NCBI GenBank assembly: GCA_963793275.1
Contig: CAWBZL010000002.1
Coordinates: 101,590 to 165,589 of the forward strand
DNA length: 64,000 nucleotides
Source of the DNA: an uncultured Flavobacteriaceae bacterium
Lineage (GTDB): Bacteria > Bacteroidota > Bacteroidia > Flavobacteriales > Flavobacteriaceae
Reading direction: 5' to 3'
The position numbers were made by a program, and so were the translations under genes. This document shows, one piece after another, positions 1 through 10,473 of the stretch; positions within the stretch are counted from its first letter, which is position 1, and every line of letters begins with the position of its first letter. The notes beneath the pieces were generated by a model. It saw nothing but the letters and a program-made list of their open reading frames with translations. It did not search any database and had not been told where the DNA came from.

Positions 1-105
1 GTGGTTCGTCCCTATGTAAACTATAGGGTTGGGCAAAAAGAATATTTAATTTATGCCAGTAATAAGGAAGGAAAGCGCCTTGGGCTTTTAAGTGTAGAAA
101 ACTAA
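1..105 (+). CDS. 3' fragment of an upstream gene, C-terminal 34 codons, product not identifiable
   Basis: An open frame runs from the window edge to TAA at 103-105 and is followed by a strong terminator hairpin. Confidence 0.3.
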   Translation: MVRPYVNYRVGQKEYLIYASNKEGKRLGLLSVEN

Positions 106-126
106 AAAAATAACGCTATCTAAAAA

Positions 127-150
127 CCCGATTCATTTGAATCGGGTTTT
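127..150. terminator. Rho-independent terminator hairpin, likely bidirectional
   Basis: Perfect 8-bp stem cccgattc/gaatcggg with a 4-nt loop, flanked by an A-run upstream and a T-run downstream. It lies between convergent genes. Confidence 0.55.
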
Positions 151-238
151 ATATTTTATAAAACAATTAAAATCAAATATTAAAAAAAATTAGGCACAGC
201 GAATCTCAAAAAACAAATTCCAATTCCATAGGAAGTTC

Positions 239-451
239 TTACACACTCCAATAAACAATAAGCACTAAAGTACCTGCTAAAATGCCAATCGTTGCTATAG
301 AGAAAGTTTCTGGTTTCCATTTATCACGGTAGCAGCTTTTTAGGCTAACATACAACAACACGGGTACTAAAATTATAAATGGGATAGTTAGTAACTCAAC
401 CAGAAAGTTGAACAATACAATTTCAATTTTATAAATCCATAAAAGTTTCAC
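239..451 (-). CDS. hypothetical small membrane protein (70 aa, two predicted TM helices)
   Basis: ORF with two hydrophobic stretches and no recognisable motifs. Confidence 0.25.
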   Translation of the reverse strand: MKLLWIYKIEIVLFNFLVELLTIPFIILVPVLLYVSLKSCYRDKWKPETFSIATIGILAGTLVLIVYWSV

Positions 452-525
452 TCCTATAAAATATAAGAGTGCAACTATGCTTAGTATTAATCGTGCTTTC
501 TTTATAGAATTTTGACTTAAAACGG

Positions 526-3045
526 TTACTTTTCAGGATATAAAATTTGCTCAATCCTGGCAATAGCATCTTCGTAGTGATATTTTGTTATGGTGTTTAC
601 ACCACGATTTTTTGCTGTTTTTAATTGTTTTTGCAGCGTTACCAATTCTCCGCGTACTAGTGGACGCACATCACTTGTGTTCACATCAAACGTTAATGTT
701 CCTTCAAAACCAATTCGCCCTCTTCGTGAATCAGGTCCTTTATCTGTCATTAAATATTCCATTCTATCCAGATAAGAACGTTGTAGGTTTCTTCGGTAAA
801 TATCTACACTTGTTCCTTGTCTTGCTTCACTCCATAAACCCGTGCGCAGCTCCTGCAACATATCCAGTGCCGAATAATAGTCGGTTTGGGTAGTTTCAGC
901 ATCAATTAAACGGCCTAACCTGTCAAAACTCAATAAACTATTTAAGTGTCGGGTTTGCAAACGACGCATACGTTCAAAATACCCCGCGTGATCTATATTT
1001 TGCAATATTGCCGGATCCAGTAACCAATCTGGAGTGGTAAATGCGTTGTCCTGCAACCATTGCATAGATTGCTGCTGTTCGGTTTTGTTTAAATGTGTGT
1101 AAATAGTTCCACCCTGTTTTGGAGTTTTAATATTCTCATAAATACCACCCACATTAGTAACTACGTGCCCAACATAACGGCTCCACACTCCAAGCATTTC
1201 TCCGTATAATTCTTCAAGATCGTTGTAGTTGTTGGTGCGATCGCTGGTCCATTTTGGCAAATTGGATGCTACATATTTTAAGTTTTTAAGTCCGTAATCG
1301 CTTGCTTTCATCGGGTTATCGCCAATGCCTTCGGTTTGGGATTGTGGGTCGAAACGACTTCCTTGCCTTCCAAATTTGTAGATAGGATTATCGCCCTTTT
1401 CTTCGATCCATTTGTCTAACGTAGCTTTTTCCGCTTCCGGAAAATTAGCGGTTGGAATTACACGATACCCCCAATTGGTTGCATAATGATCGTACGGCCC
1501 CATTTGCCGTATAAATCTGATGTTTTTATCACCGGGTTGAGCAATATAATTGTAACGCGCATAATCCATTAAACTGGCTGCAATTCCATTTTTCTGAGTG
1601 AAATCTCCGTCTCTGTAGTCTTCAACATTATAGGCGTAACTCGCGGCCATGTTATGTGGAAAGCCTAAAGCGTGTCCTACTTCGTGCGCAATGACCATAC
1701 GCATCATTTCACCAATTTCTTCGTCGGGAGTATTCAATGTTCTGGCACTGGGATTTGCGGCACCAGTTTCCAGCATATAGCGGTTTCTATAACTTCGTAA
1801 ATGATTGTGGTACCAGATAATATCACTTTCAATAATTTCGCCACTTCTGGGGTCGCTAACACTTGGTCCTACCGCATTTCTTGTGGTACTTGCCACATAA
1901 CGCACCACAGAATACCGAATATCTTCCGGGCTAAACTCCGGATCTTCCTCAACTGTAGGTGCGTCTTTGGCAATAATGGCATTTTTGAACCCGGCTGTTT
2001 CAAAAGGTTTTTGCCAGTCTTCTATGCCCTGCTTTATGTATTCCTGAAGATTCTCCGGCGTTCCGGGATCCAGATAATATACAATTGGTTTTACCGGTTC
2101 TACCAATTCACCTCTTGCGTACGCGGCAGGATCTTTAGGTTCCAATCTCCAACGGCGGATATACGTTTTCTCATCTGCTTTTAATTCGTCACTTCCAAAA
2201 TCGTACTGGCTTACGGTAAAAAACCCAACCCTTGGATCGAATAACCTTGGTTGCATAGGTTCTTCAGGCAAGAGAATCATAGATTGATTCATTTGTAAGC
2301 TAATGCTCTCTGTAGCCGAGTTCGAAGGAGGTTCGGAAGCGTCGTACGTCATATCCTGTTTTACTTCAATGTTGAGAGGAAAGCTTTTTACGCTATTGAT
2401 AAAGCTTCGGTCGGCATCCAGCTTTTTTACTTTGTATTGTTTCCGAAGTCTTGCTCCCAAACCACTAATGGCTTTTACATCTTCCTTAAAAAACTTCGTT
2501 ACGTCTATCACCACGGCGGTACTGTCTGTGCTAATGGCCTCCACATCGAACGCGTATAGAACAGGTTCGTAATTATTTACCGCAACCGATTTACTGATGG
2601 CTTTGGTACTATCCGCAATGTTAGTATAACTCTTAACTTTCAGTAAAACTTTGTCCTCAAAACGTTCCCAGTGAACCACCTGCTCGTTGGTTTTGGAACC
2701 TGCATTTACGTAGCCACCGCCTAAACCAGTTGGAAGCTGCGCAATACGGCTCACCCAAAGCATATCTTTTTTGTAGAGCTTGGTAGGGATTTCGTAGTAA
2801 AATTTATCTTCAACACGATGCACCACGAAAAGACCACTATCACTTATAGCTTCTTTTGTGATGACCTTGTCGTAGGGTTTTAATCCGTCTTTCTTGTCTT
2901 TTTTATTGGCAGATGCTTCAGCCGTTTCGGGTGTTTTTTTCTTATTACTGAACGTTCCGCAAGAAATTATAAGGGCAGAAAATAATAGGAGTGCTAAAAG
3001 CTTTTTCATCAAAATACGTTTTGCTGAACAAAATACGCATATCAA
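526..3045 (-). CDS. zinc-dependent metalloprotease, lipoprotein
   Basis: 839-aa ORF with a lipoprotein signal (LIISCGT) and a HEXXH zinc-binding motif (HEVGHALGF). The domain layout matches Bacteroidetes DUF5117/DUF5118-type zinc metalloproteases. Confidence 0.8.
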   Translation of the reverse strand: MICVFCSAKRILMKKLLALLLFSALIISCGTFSNKKKTPETAEASANKKDKKDGLKPYDKVITKEAISDSGLFVVHRVEDKFYYEIPTKLYKKDMLWVSRIAQLPTGLGGGYVNAGSKTNEQVVHWERFEDKVLLKVKSYTNIADSTKAISKSVAVNNYEPVLYAFDVEAISTDSTAVVIDVTKFFKEDVKAISGLGARLRKQYKVKKLDADRSFINSVKSFPLNIEVKQDMTYDASEPPSNSATESISLQMNQSMILLPEEPMQPRLFDPRVGFFTVSQYDFGSDELKADEKTYIRRWRLEPKDPAAYARGELVEPVKPIVYYLDPGTPENLQEYIKQGIEDWQKPFETAGFKNAIIAKDAPTVEEDPEFSPEDIRYSVVRYVASTTRNAVGPSVSDPRSGEIIESDIIWYHNHLRSYRNRYMLETGAANPSARTLNTPDEEIGEMMRMVIAHEVGHALGFPHNMAASYAYNVEDYRDGDFTQKNGIAASLMDYARYNYIAQPGDKNIRFIRQMGPYDHYATNWGYRVIPTANFPEAEKATLDKWIEEKGDNPIYKFGRQGSRFDPQSQTEGIGDNPMKASDYGLKNLKYVASNLPKWTSDRTNNYNDLEELYGEMLGVWSRYVGHVVTNVGGIYENIKTPKQGGTIYTHLNKTEQQQSMQWLQDNAFTTPDWLLDPAILQNIDHAGYFERMRRLQTRHLNSLLSFDRLGRLIDAETTQTDYYSALDMLQELRTGLWSEARQGTSVDIYRRNLQRSYLDRMEYLMTDKGPDSRRGRIGFEGTLTFDVNTSDVRPLVRGELVTLQKQLKTAKNRGVNTITKYHYEDAIARIEQILYPEK

Positions 3046-3084
3046 CCTAAAAAACCAATGAATGCCGTAGGTTCTTTTTGGCCT

Positions 3085-3531
3085 CTATTTACTTACTTCA
3101 AGCACTAATTCGTAATTTAAATTGGTAGTGCCCGACTCTTTTGTAGGATAGGGGTTTATTGCGGTGGCAGTGATAGTTGTAGCCCCACTTTTATAGAAAT
3201 TATGATTTTTAACCTCTCCTTTTTTAAGTGCACCAAAAATTATTTCGTTTCTATCCAGAGTCCTACCATCTTCGCTGGTTTCTACCAGGATCTTCGCTCT
3301 TCCTTCCCAAAAACAGGTAGTTCCTGTTGGACAACGGGAATCTTCCAGCACCTCTCTAAAATGAACCCGTAACTCACCTACCCTAATCTCTTTTCCTAAA
3401 GCCAGAGTAATAGTTCCTTCGTCAATCTGCGTAGAAATTTCAGTTTCGTTTGCTGAAGTAATTTCAGAAGTAGTTTTTGGCGTGCCACAGGAAGCGGCTG
3501 CGATGAAAGAGAGGATGATGAGTTTATACAT
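3085..3531 (-). CDS. hypothetical lipoprotein
   Basis: 148 aa with signal peptide plus lipobox (AAASCGT). No conserved catalytic motif seen. Confidence 0.5.
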   Translation of the reverse strand: MYKLIILSFIAAASCGTPKTTSEITSANETEISTQIDEGTITLALGKEIRVGELRVHFREVLEDSRCPTGTTCFWEGRAKILVETSEDGRTLDRNEIIFGALKKGEVKNHNFYKSGATTITATAINPYPTKESGTTNLNYELVLEVSK

Positions 3532-3654
3532 GAATTTCCTTTTTTATGAATAGTAAAAATAACGGAAAATAACGTTCTTAAACGTTATAGTTTCTTTAAA
3601 TAGCTAGCGCCTGAATCTCCTGTACCCTAATTTTACAATACAACAGTCCGCGTT

Positions 3655-4191
3655 ATGAAACTAATTCTCACATTTTTAATGCTATCCACGATGCCATTGT
3701 CCGAACCACAGCTTATATTCAATTTTTCTGAAACTTCAAACCTTGATGCCTGGCGCATTGTAGACGATGGCGTTATGGGTGGAAAATCTAATGGATCTTT
3801 TTCTTTAACCGAAGACGGACACGGAAATTTTTCGGGGGTTATCTCGCTTAAAAATAATGGCGGATTTTCATCTGTGCGTCACAATTTCAACGAGATTTCA
3901 GTTACTGAGGACTCTAAAATATGCATTAAGTTGAAAGGAGATGGGAAGCAATATCAATTCAGAATAAAACACAATACGAACGATTACTACAGTTATATTT
4001 TCCCGTTTGAAACTTCCGGAGCGTGGGAAACTATAGAGATTGAACTGAAAGATATGTATCCTTCCTTCCGTGGAAGAAAACTGGATATGCCTAATTTTTC
4101 AGAAGACAGCATAGAAGAATTGGTTTTTTTGATAGGAAACAAGAAAGAGGAGGCATTTACGTTACTTCTTGATAACATTCAGCTAAAGTAA
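3655..4191 (+). CDS. CIA30 family protein (complex I intermediate-associated protein 30-like)
   Basis: 178 aa with signal peptide. The pattern VMGGKSNGSF...SLKNNGGFSS is typical of CIA30/galactose-binding-like domain proteins. Confidence 0.6.
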   Translation: MKLILTFLMLSTMPLSEPQLIFNFSETSNLDAWRIVDDGVMGGKSNGSFSLTEDGHGNFSGVISLKNNGGFSSVRHNFNEISVTEDSKICIKLKGDGKQYQFRIKHNTNDYYSYIFPFETSGAWETIEIELKDMYPSFRGRKLDMPNFSEDSIEELVFLIGNKKEEAFTLLLDNIQLK

Positions 4192-4216
4192 ATCGAAATT
4201 AACACCGGCCTTACTT

Positions 4217-5377
4217 CTATCCCCGGAAGAGAAAGAAATCGTCTTTCATAGGCTCAATCTTTTCGTCTTTGTTGGTGATGATATACTCCAGGGCCAGATC
4301 CGTAAACTCCTTGCCTTTTTCGGTAAGCGAAACTACATTTTTTTCAATTTCGATCATATTATTTTTTAGTGCCAAATGTACGACGGTTTTAGACCGTACT
4401 TTTTGCCAATTTATATGTTCCTGAAGGTGATTAATGTGTCTTTCTTCAACTTCGGAATGATTGTTTAAATGGAGTAGAAATGTGAGTAAAGAAACTTCGG
4501 TACGTTGTTGTTTCTGGCGGTATAAAACAGCGATGAGACCTTTCCGCGGAGCGAACAAATACACCATTAAAAATACAATTCCAAGCATAGTACTCATACT
4601 TCCCGAAATAGAAGCATCCAGCAAATGTGCCATCCAATACCCCGCTAGCGCAGAAAAAACACCAAAAAGTATAGACAATAGCAGCATTTTCTTTAGATCT
4701 GAAGTCAACAAATACGCCGTTGCGGCGGGTGCAATCATTAACGCAACCACCAGAATAGCTCCCACCGCGTCAAACGCACCCACTACCGTTACCGAACTAA
4801 CAGACATAAGTCCGTAATGCATAATAAGGGGGGAGATTCCTAATGCAGAAGACAGTCCGGCATCAAAAGTGCTTACCTTTAATTCTTTATAAAAAAGCAG
4901 AAGCAGCGCAATACTAATGATAAGGATAGTCCCCATGATCCATAGCGATTTTGGACCTACATCTATTCCAGCCATGAGAAGTCTGTCAAAAGGTGCAAAT
5001 GCCAGTTCTCCCAGTAACACTGCGTCCACATCCAGATGGACATCATTCGCATTTTTAGCAATTAAAATTACGCCAATACTGAACAACGCCGGAAAAACAA
5101 GGCCAATTGCGGTATCTTCTTTTACCATACCTGTTTTTTGAATGGCCTCTACCAAAACTACCGTAATAACGCCTGTGAGCGCAGCCAATAAAATAAGTAA
5201 GGGCGAATTGAGGTCTTGTGTAATGAAAAACCCGATCACAATTCCCGGCAGGATGGAATGACTAATAGCGTCACTAATAAGTGCCATCTTACGAAGTACT
5301 AAAAACACACCCGGAATAGCGCACGCTATAGCTACCACTACTGCAATAAGTTGTATTTCTATCTGTGGACTAGTCAT
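4217..5377 (-). CDS. metal ABC transporter permease (ABC-3 family) with ~100-aa C-terminal cytoplasmic extension
   Basis: 386 aa, polytopic, ABC-3/TroCD-like membrane core. It overlaps the upstream permease by 8 bp. The C-terminal soluble tail resembles a winged-helix/DtxR-like domain. Confidence 0.8.
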   Translation of the reverse strand: MTSPQIEIQLIAVVVAIACAIPGVFLVLRKMALISDAISHSILPGIVIGFFITQDLNSPLLILLAALTGVITVVLVEAIQKTGMVKEDTAIGLVFPALFSIGVILIAKNANDVHLDVDAVLLGELAFAPFDRLLMAGIDVGPKSLWIMGTILIISIALLLLFYKELKVSTFDAGLSSALGISPLIMHYGLMSVSSVTVVGAFDAVGAILVVALMIAPAATAYLLTSDLKKMLLLSILFGVFSALAGYWMAHLLDASISGSMSTMLGIVFLMVYLFAPRKGLIAVLYRQKQQRTEVSLLTFLLHLNNHSEVEERHINHLQEHINWQKVRSKTVVHLALKNNMIEIEKNVVSLTEKGKEFTDLALEYIITNKDEKIEPMKDDFFLFRG

Positions 5378-6494
5378 TTGGTACAGGTTGGTTGTATAAG
5401 TTTTCGGCCTGAGAAAATCCCTTCTGCGTCATTGACCATTCCTGGCCAGACAGCGTAATCCATTCTTTTTCTTCTAATTGCTGAAGGCTCTTCTTTGTAA
5501 ATCCTTGAAAATTATTCAAAATCCTGATGGCGTGCGGGTGTGAAATATCTTTATGCGTTTTCACAATATCATACATAAACTGAAGCGTTTTCTGTAATTG
5601 TAAATCTCTTCGATTCTGTAAAAACCGAAGCTGCTTAAATAACAATCCGCGCCCCGGAGAAAACACAAATGAAATTAACACAAATACTGAAGCTACCAGA
5701 ACAATTACCGGCCCTGTGGAAAGATTGTTTTGTGAAGCACTAATAGCCGTGCCAAAAACTCCCGAAAAAGCACCAAAAATAGCCGCTATAAAAATCATCG
5801 TGCTCAACTTGTTTGTCCATTGCCTTGCCGCAGCTGCAGGTGCCAGAAGCATCGCACTCATTAAAACCACGCCCACGGTTTGTAATCCTAAAACAATAGC
5901 AAGCACAATAAAAAAAGTGATGAGCGCATCGATAAATTTTGTGTTGAAACCAAGGGTTTTTGTATAGTCTGCGTCAAATAGTAGTATTTTAAATTCTTTC
6001 CAGAAGAGTACTAAAATAACGAGTGCAATCCCTGTAACTGTAACCATTAACAGCACATCGCTTTCTACCAAAGTAGCGGCTTGTCCAAACAAATACTTAT
6101 CCAGACCTGCCTGATTGGCATTAGGTTGTTTTTGTATAAACGTGAGTAACAACATTCCGAAGCCAAAAAAGAGGGATAAAATAAGGCCTAATGCCGTGTC
6201 TGTCTTCAAATGAGTTTTTGTGATAATTCCACGGATCCAGAAGGTCCCCAGCAACCCACTCACCAAAGCCCCTAACAATAACGTATTAGTATCTTTTGCG
6301 CCCGTAATTAAAAATGCCACGGCGATGCCGGGTAAGGCTGCGTGACTAATGGCATCTCCCAACAAACTCTGTTTCCGCAGCACGGCAAAACTTCCCAACA
6401 TCCCACAAATAGCTCCCAAAACAGCTGTTCCCAGAGTAATAGTACGGAGGGTGTAGTCGGTCCAGATAAGGTTGAAGTATTCTGTAATAGTCAT
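5370..6494 (-). CDS. metal ABC transporter permease (ABC-3 family) with C-terminal extension
   Basis: 374 aa, paralogous to the adjacent permease and in the same operon as the ATPase and SBP. Confidence 0.8.
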   Translation of the reverse strand: MTITEYFNLIWTDYTLRTITLGTAVLGAICGMLGSFAVLRKQSLLGDAISHAALPGIAVAFLITGAKDTNTLLLGALVSGLLGTFWIRGIITKTHLKTDTALGLILSLFFGFGMLLLTFIQKQPNANQAGLDKYLFGQAATLVESDVLLMVTVTGIALVILVLFWKEFKILLFDADYTKTLGFNTKFIDALITFFIVLAIVLGLQTVGVVLMSAMLLAPAAAARQWTNKLSTMIFIAAIFGAFSGVFGTAISASQNNLSTGPVIVLVASVFVLISFVFSPGRGLLFKQLRFLQNRRDLQLQKTLQFMYDIVKTHKDISHPHAIRILNNFQGFTKKSLQQLEEKEWITLSGQEWSMTQKGFSQAENLYNQPVPND

Positions 6495-6646
6495 TAGTCT
6501 TTTGTAGTTAGTAGCTATTCTTTCGAATTATTTTCTAAATATTCTTGAAGATTTGAAATCATTGTAGCCAGTTCTTCAATTTTAAATTTTACTTCTCCCA
6601 TAACGTAACTTTTAAAAGTTGTTATTTTATAACCAGACACCAAAGA

Positions 6647-7384
6647 CTATTTGTTTACCGCTACTTTATAGTTGATCCCGTAGGTTTTTGTCAAATTATC
6701 GTCGTTAAAAATTTCCTTCACGGGACCTGTGGCTATTTTTTTTACGTTTAAAAAAGTAACCCAATCAAAATATTCCGGGACCGTTTGTAGATCGTGGTGT
6801 ACAACCACTACTGTTTTTCCGTCTTTTCTAAGTTGCTTCAGGATATTGATAATGGCAATTTCGGTAGTGGCATCTACTCCTTGAAAGGGTTCATCCATAA
6901 AATAAATGGCTGCATTTTGAACCAATGCCCGCGCTAAAAATACACGTTGCTGCTGCCCACCGCTTAACTGACTTATCTGCCGGTTTTTAAATGCCAGCAT
7001 TCCTACTTTCTCCAGGGCTTCAAGAGAAGCTTTCTTTTCTTTTCTCCCGGGGCGTTTTATCCAACCTAGCTGCCCGTAGGTGCCCATCATAACCACATCC
7101 AGTGCCGTCGTGGGAAAATCCCAGTCTACACTCCCTTTTTGAGGAACGTAGGCTACTAGTTTACGTTGTTTTTTGTAGGGCTTTCCGTAGATAGAGACAC
7201 TGCCGGCAATAGGATCTAAAATTCCTAAAATTGCTTTTATTAAGGTAGATTTTCCTGCTCCGTTAGGTCCAACAATCGCCATTAAAACTCCTTCGGGAAC
7301 GTGCAGATCTATATCCCACAAAACAGGTTTGTAGTTATAAGCTACCGTGAGATCGTCTACTTGTATGGCGTATTTCGTTTCCAT
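6647..7384 (-). CDS. metal ABC transporter ATP-binding protein (ZnuC/MntA-like)
   Basis: Walker [13 protein letters not shown] signature LSGGQQQR and Walker B FMDEP, 245 aa. Confidence 0.85.
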   Translation of the reverse strand: METKYAIQVDDLTVAYNYKPVLWDIDLHVPEGVLMAIVGPNGAGKSTLIKAILGILDPIAGSVSIYGKPYKKQRKLVAYVPQKGSVDWDFPTTALDVVMMGTYGQLGWIKRPGRKEKKASLEALEKVGMLAFKNRQISQLSGGQQQRVFLARALVQNAAIYFMDEPFQGVDATTEIAIINILKQLRKDGKTVVVVHHDLQTVPEYFDWVTFLNVKKIATGPVKEIFNDDNLTKTYGINYKVAVNK

Positions 7385-7385
7385 A

Positions 7386-8312
7386 TTACTGTAACTCGTT
7401 TACGATCGTGTTTACATTGTAGGTAAACATCCCAATATAGGTTCCTTCTTCGGTGCCGGGGCTTCCCAGCGCATCACTAAACAAAGAACCACCTATTTTT
7501 ACATCTTTTCCTTTAGACTCTACAGATTTTTGCAACGCTTCTATAGTACGTCTGGGCACCGAGCTTTCTACAAAAATAGCGTTTACATTATTCTCAATTA
7601 TAAACTGTGAAATACGTTGCACGTCCTGCACACCAGCTTCGGTTGCGGTGGAAAGTCCCTGCAGGCCTACAACTTCAAAATCGTAGGCTTTCCCAAAGTA
7701 ATTGAAGGCATCGTGAGCGGTTACCAGAATTCGTTTTTTCTTTGGAAGTGTTTCAATCTTGGCTTTAACTTCAGCTTCTAATTCGGTTAATTTCTGGATA
7801 TAATTTTTTTCGTTTTCAGCATAGCTTCCTGCATTTTCAGGGTCTTTTTCAACCAGGACCTCTGTAACCTTTTCAGCAAATTGCTTGAAATATTCAATAT
7901 TAAACCAAACGTGCGGATCGTAATTAGAGGCAAAATAATCGGATCCAATCAGTTCATCTTTCGAAAGAAATTCTCCCAGTCCTACTGTTGTTTTGGTGGT
8001 TTCCATTTTTTCAAAGACTTCCACCAGTTTACCTTCTAAATGAAGTCCGCTATAAAAAATAATATCGGCTTTATAAAGCTTGGAAACATCGCCTTCACTT
8101 GCTTTATAGAGGTGTGGATCTACGCCAGCCCCCATTAATCCTTGTACTTCAATATGATCGCCGCCTATGTTTTTCACTAGATCGGTGAGCATTGTTGTAG
8201 TGGTAACAACCTGTAGTTTTCCACTCTTACCTGCATCTTTTCCTTCATTTTTACAAGAAATAAAAACACTTAAAACAAGTACTGAAAGAGCTATTTTTTT
8301 TAATATTTTCAT
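7386..8312 (-). CDS. metal ABC transporter substrate-binding lipoprotein (TroA/ZnuA/MntC cluster 9)
   Basis: 308 aa with lipoprotein signal (VFISCK) and TroA-like fold motifs (DPHLY, DPHVW, HDAFNYF). Confidence 0.8.
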   Translation of the reverse strand: MKILKKIALSVLVLSVFISCKNEGKDAGKSGKLQVVTTTTMLTDLVKNIGGDHIEVQGLMGAGVDPHLYKASEGDVSKLYKADIIFYSGLHLEGKLVEVFEKMETTKTTVGLGEFLSKDELIGSDYFASNYDPHVWFNIEYFKQFAEKVTEVLVEKDPENAGSYAENEKNYIQKLTELEAEVKAKIETLPKKKRILVTAHDAFNYFGKAYDFEVVGLQGLSTATEAGVQDVQRISQFIIENNVNAIFVESSVPRRTIEALQKSVESKGKDVKIGGSLFSDALGSPGTEEGTYIGMFTYNVNTIVNELQ

Positions 8313-8344
8313 TCTTTTTTTTCTGAAATTTTATAATCGAATTA

Positions 8345-9130
8345 TTATTTAGGTATTCTGAAACTTGCACCCGCACCCAGAAAAATATCTTGCCCGTCGG
8401 TAATACTTCTTCCCACAACAGCATCGAGTTGAATATTGGGTTTTAGCAAATACGTAATACCCGCATCCCAGAAATGATTTGCTTTGGAATCCTCAGGAAA
8501 ATTACCATAGACCTCGGCAAACAGGCTTACTTTATCTGTAATTGCGTAGCCGTAAGATAGGGTATATACATAGGCAACTTCGGGGGAATCGTCTCTCCAT
8601 TGAGCCCCAAGATTATATGACAAACCAGATTTTTCGCTCAGCGTATTTGAGAAGGCGAATAGGAAATCACCTCCCGTAGTCTCTGGTCTATAGTCACTTC
8701 CGGCACTAAATGGTAGGTATAAGTGTCCTAAAAGTCCTAGTTGAGGTATCCAGCCGTCTTCATCGGTTATTTCAACCTTTATTCCGGCCATAAGCGGGGT
8801 AAAGCCACTAAATTTGTCGTCTGCTTCGGTGCTATTTGAAGTAAAGCGGGTTTCTTGAAAATTTATTCCTAAACGGAATTCGAAATCATCTAAAATCCCA
8901 TAGCGTAACAAGGTTGTATTGTAGCCGTACGTTTCAGTTTTAAGGTTGTTTTCCTCAAAAGATGTGTAGGAACCTCCGGACTCTATTTGTAACATTTTCT
9001 TTGGTACTGTGAGGGGCGAAGCTGATGCATTTGGCCTTTCTGTAACAATGGGTGCTTGCTGGTTGTCCTGCTCTTGCGAGAACGTAAAACCAAACACGAA
9101 TAAAAAGGCTAGTATGGATATTCTTTTCAT
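8345..9130 (-). CDS. putative outer-membrane beta-barrel protein associated with the metal-uptake operon
   Basis: 261 aa with signal peptide, alternating amphipathic beta-strand pattern and a C-terminal aromatic residue. It sits between the regulator and the SBP. Confidence 0.45.
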   Translation of the reverse strand: MKRISILAFLFVFGFTFSQEQDNQQAPIVTERPNASASPLTVPKKMLQIESGGSYTSFEENNLKTETYGYNTTLLRYGILDDFEFRLGINFQETRFTSNSTEADDKFSGFTPLMAGIKVEITDEDGWIPQLGLLGHLYLPFSAGSDYRPETTGGDFLFAFSNTLSEKSGLSYNLGAQWRDDSPEVAYVYTLSYGYAITDKVSLFAEVYGNFPEDSKANHFWDAGITYLLKPNIQLDAVVGRSITDGQDIFLGAGASFRIPK

Positions 9131-9134
9131 AGGA

Positions 9135-9791
9135 TTAGTTGGTTTGTATATACAAATTCTCAGCTATTTTTTGTGAAATAAAGAACTGATCCCGTCCTAC
9201 CTGAATGACCATAGAACCATCGAAAAATTCTTTCCCCAACACTGAAATTTTAGTGCCAATGGTAATGTTCTTTTTGTCTAAATACTGAAGGAAATCGCTA
9301 TCACTTTCTTTTACGCCAACACACACACCTTTTTGTGCTTTATTAAGTTCTGAAAGTAATTTTTTCTCGGTGGGTTTTACGTTTCCGTTTTTATCCGGAA
9401 TAGGGTCTCCGTGGGGATCAAAATCTGGAAAGCCTAAAAATTTATCCAGCCTGGAAATGAGTTCTTCACTATGTACGTGCTCTAGTTGTTCGGCAATATC
9501 GTGTACTTCGTCCCAATGAAAATTAAGCTTTTCTACTAAAAAAACCTCCCATAAACGGTGCTTTCGTATAACGTTTGCTGCTGTTTTTTTGCCTATTTCG
9601 GTTAAAGAAGTTCCTTTGTATTTTATGTAGGCTAAGACTTCCTTTTCTGCCAGCTTCTGAACCATATCCGTCACCGAAGAGGGTTTCGTTTCCATAGCAT
9701 TAGCAATAGCGTTTGTGCTTACTGCACCTTGATTTTTACTCTCAAGATGGTAAATAGTTTTTAAATAATTCTCCTCTGCTAATGAAAACAT
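9135..9791 (-). CDS. DtxR/MntR-family metal-dependent transcriptional regulator with C-terminal FeoA-like domain
   Basis: 218 aa with an N-terminal wHTH and metal-binding helix typical of iron/manganese-dependent repressors. It is the first gene of the metal-uptake cluster. Confidence 0.75.
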   Translation of the reverse strand: MFSLAEENYLKTIYHLESKNQGAVSTNAIANAMETKPSSVTDMVQKLAEKEVLAYIKYKGTSLTEIGKKTAANVIRKHRLWEVFLVEKLNFHWDEVHDIAEQLEHVHSEELISRLDKFLGFPDFDPHGDPIPDKNGNVKPTEKKLLSELNKAQKGVCVGVKESDSDFLQYLDKKNITIGTKISVLGKEFFDGSMVIQVGRDQFFISQKIAENLYIQTN

Positions 9792-9927
9792 ACGGCAAAG
9801 GTAATTATATTTTTTGAAGTGTATTGTTTTTATTTTTAGGGTTGGCTAAAAACTGTACTATAAGATGGTATTTCATCGGGAACCATTCAGTTCTACAGTT
9901 TAGTAATTCGCACCACAATATTCTAAC

Positions 9928-10473
9928 TTATCGTAACGGAAACCCCTTCGCAGCCCACCAGGGATGAATCTCGATAACCAATCTGCCGGCTTTCACCATA
10001 GGATCGCTATTGGCAAGACTATCTGCCATTTTTAAGGTGGGTACGTTGTAGATGGTTACACCACGAATCTCGCCATCGTCTCCAAATGGGCCGGATATAT
10101 CTGCATATCCATTAGCATACATTTTTCCTAAATGCTCTAAATGTAATTTTTGAAGACTATCTGCTTCAACTTTATTTTGACTCCGGTTAGGACCTGCTTT
10201 TAGAAATGCCATATAATATTGTTGCATCACAACGGTATCTCCGGAGTCCGGATCAACATAATCAAAGATTTGATAGCCATCTTTGGTGAGTTGTTCTTTT
10301 AAGGCAGCAACCGATGGTTTTTCATCTTCCGGACAAGGTTCCATAATATACTCTCGGTGGATTTGTGGTTTGCAAGCAATTGTCATTACGGATATGGTTA
10401 GTACTAAGAAAAAGTTTTTCATGAGTTTTATTTTTTGGACACTAAATCTGAAAGGGTCGTGTAAATTTACCAA
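9928..10473 (-). CDS. YciI-like family lipoprotein
   Basis: 181 aa with signal/lipobox (TIACK). The C-terminal region shows YciI-like motifs (AGPNR...HLEHLGK...SGPFGDDGE...IEIHPWW). Confidence 0.45.
   Translation of the reverse strand: MVNLHDPFRFSVQKIKLMKNFFLVLTISVMTIACKPQIHREYIMEPCPEDEKPSVAALKEQLTKDGYQIFDYVDPDSGDTVVMQQYYMAFLKAGPNRSQNKVEADSLQKLHLEHLGKMYANGYADISGPFGDDGEIRGVTIYNVPTLKMADSLANSDPMVKAGRLVIEIHPWWAAKGFPLR

Noticed and set aside
585-2572. Several 60-127-aa ORFs on the plus strand
   Set aside because: All are nested antisense within the 839-aa metalloprotease gene.
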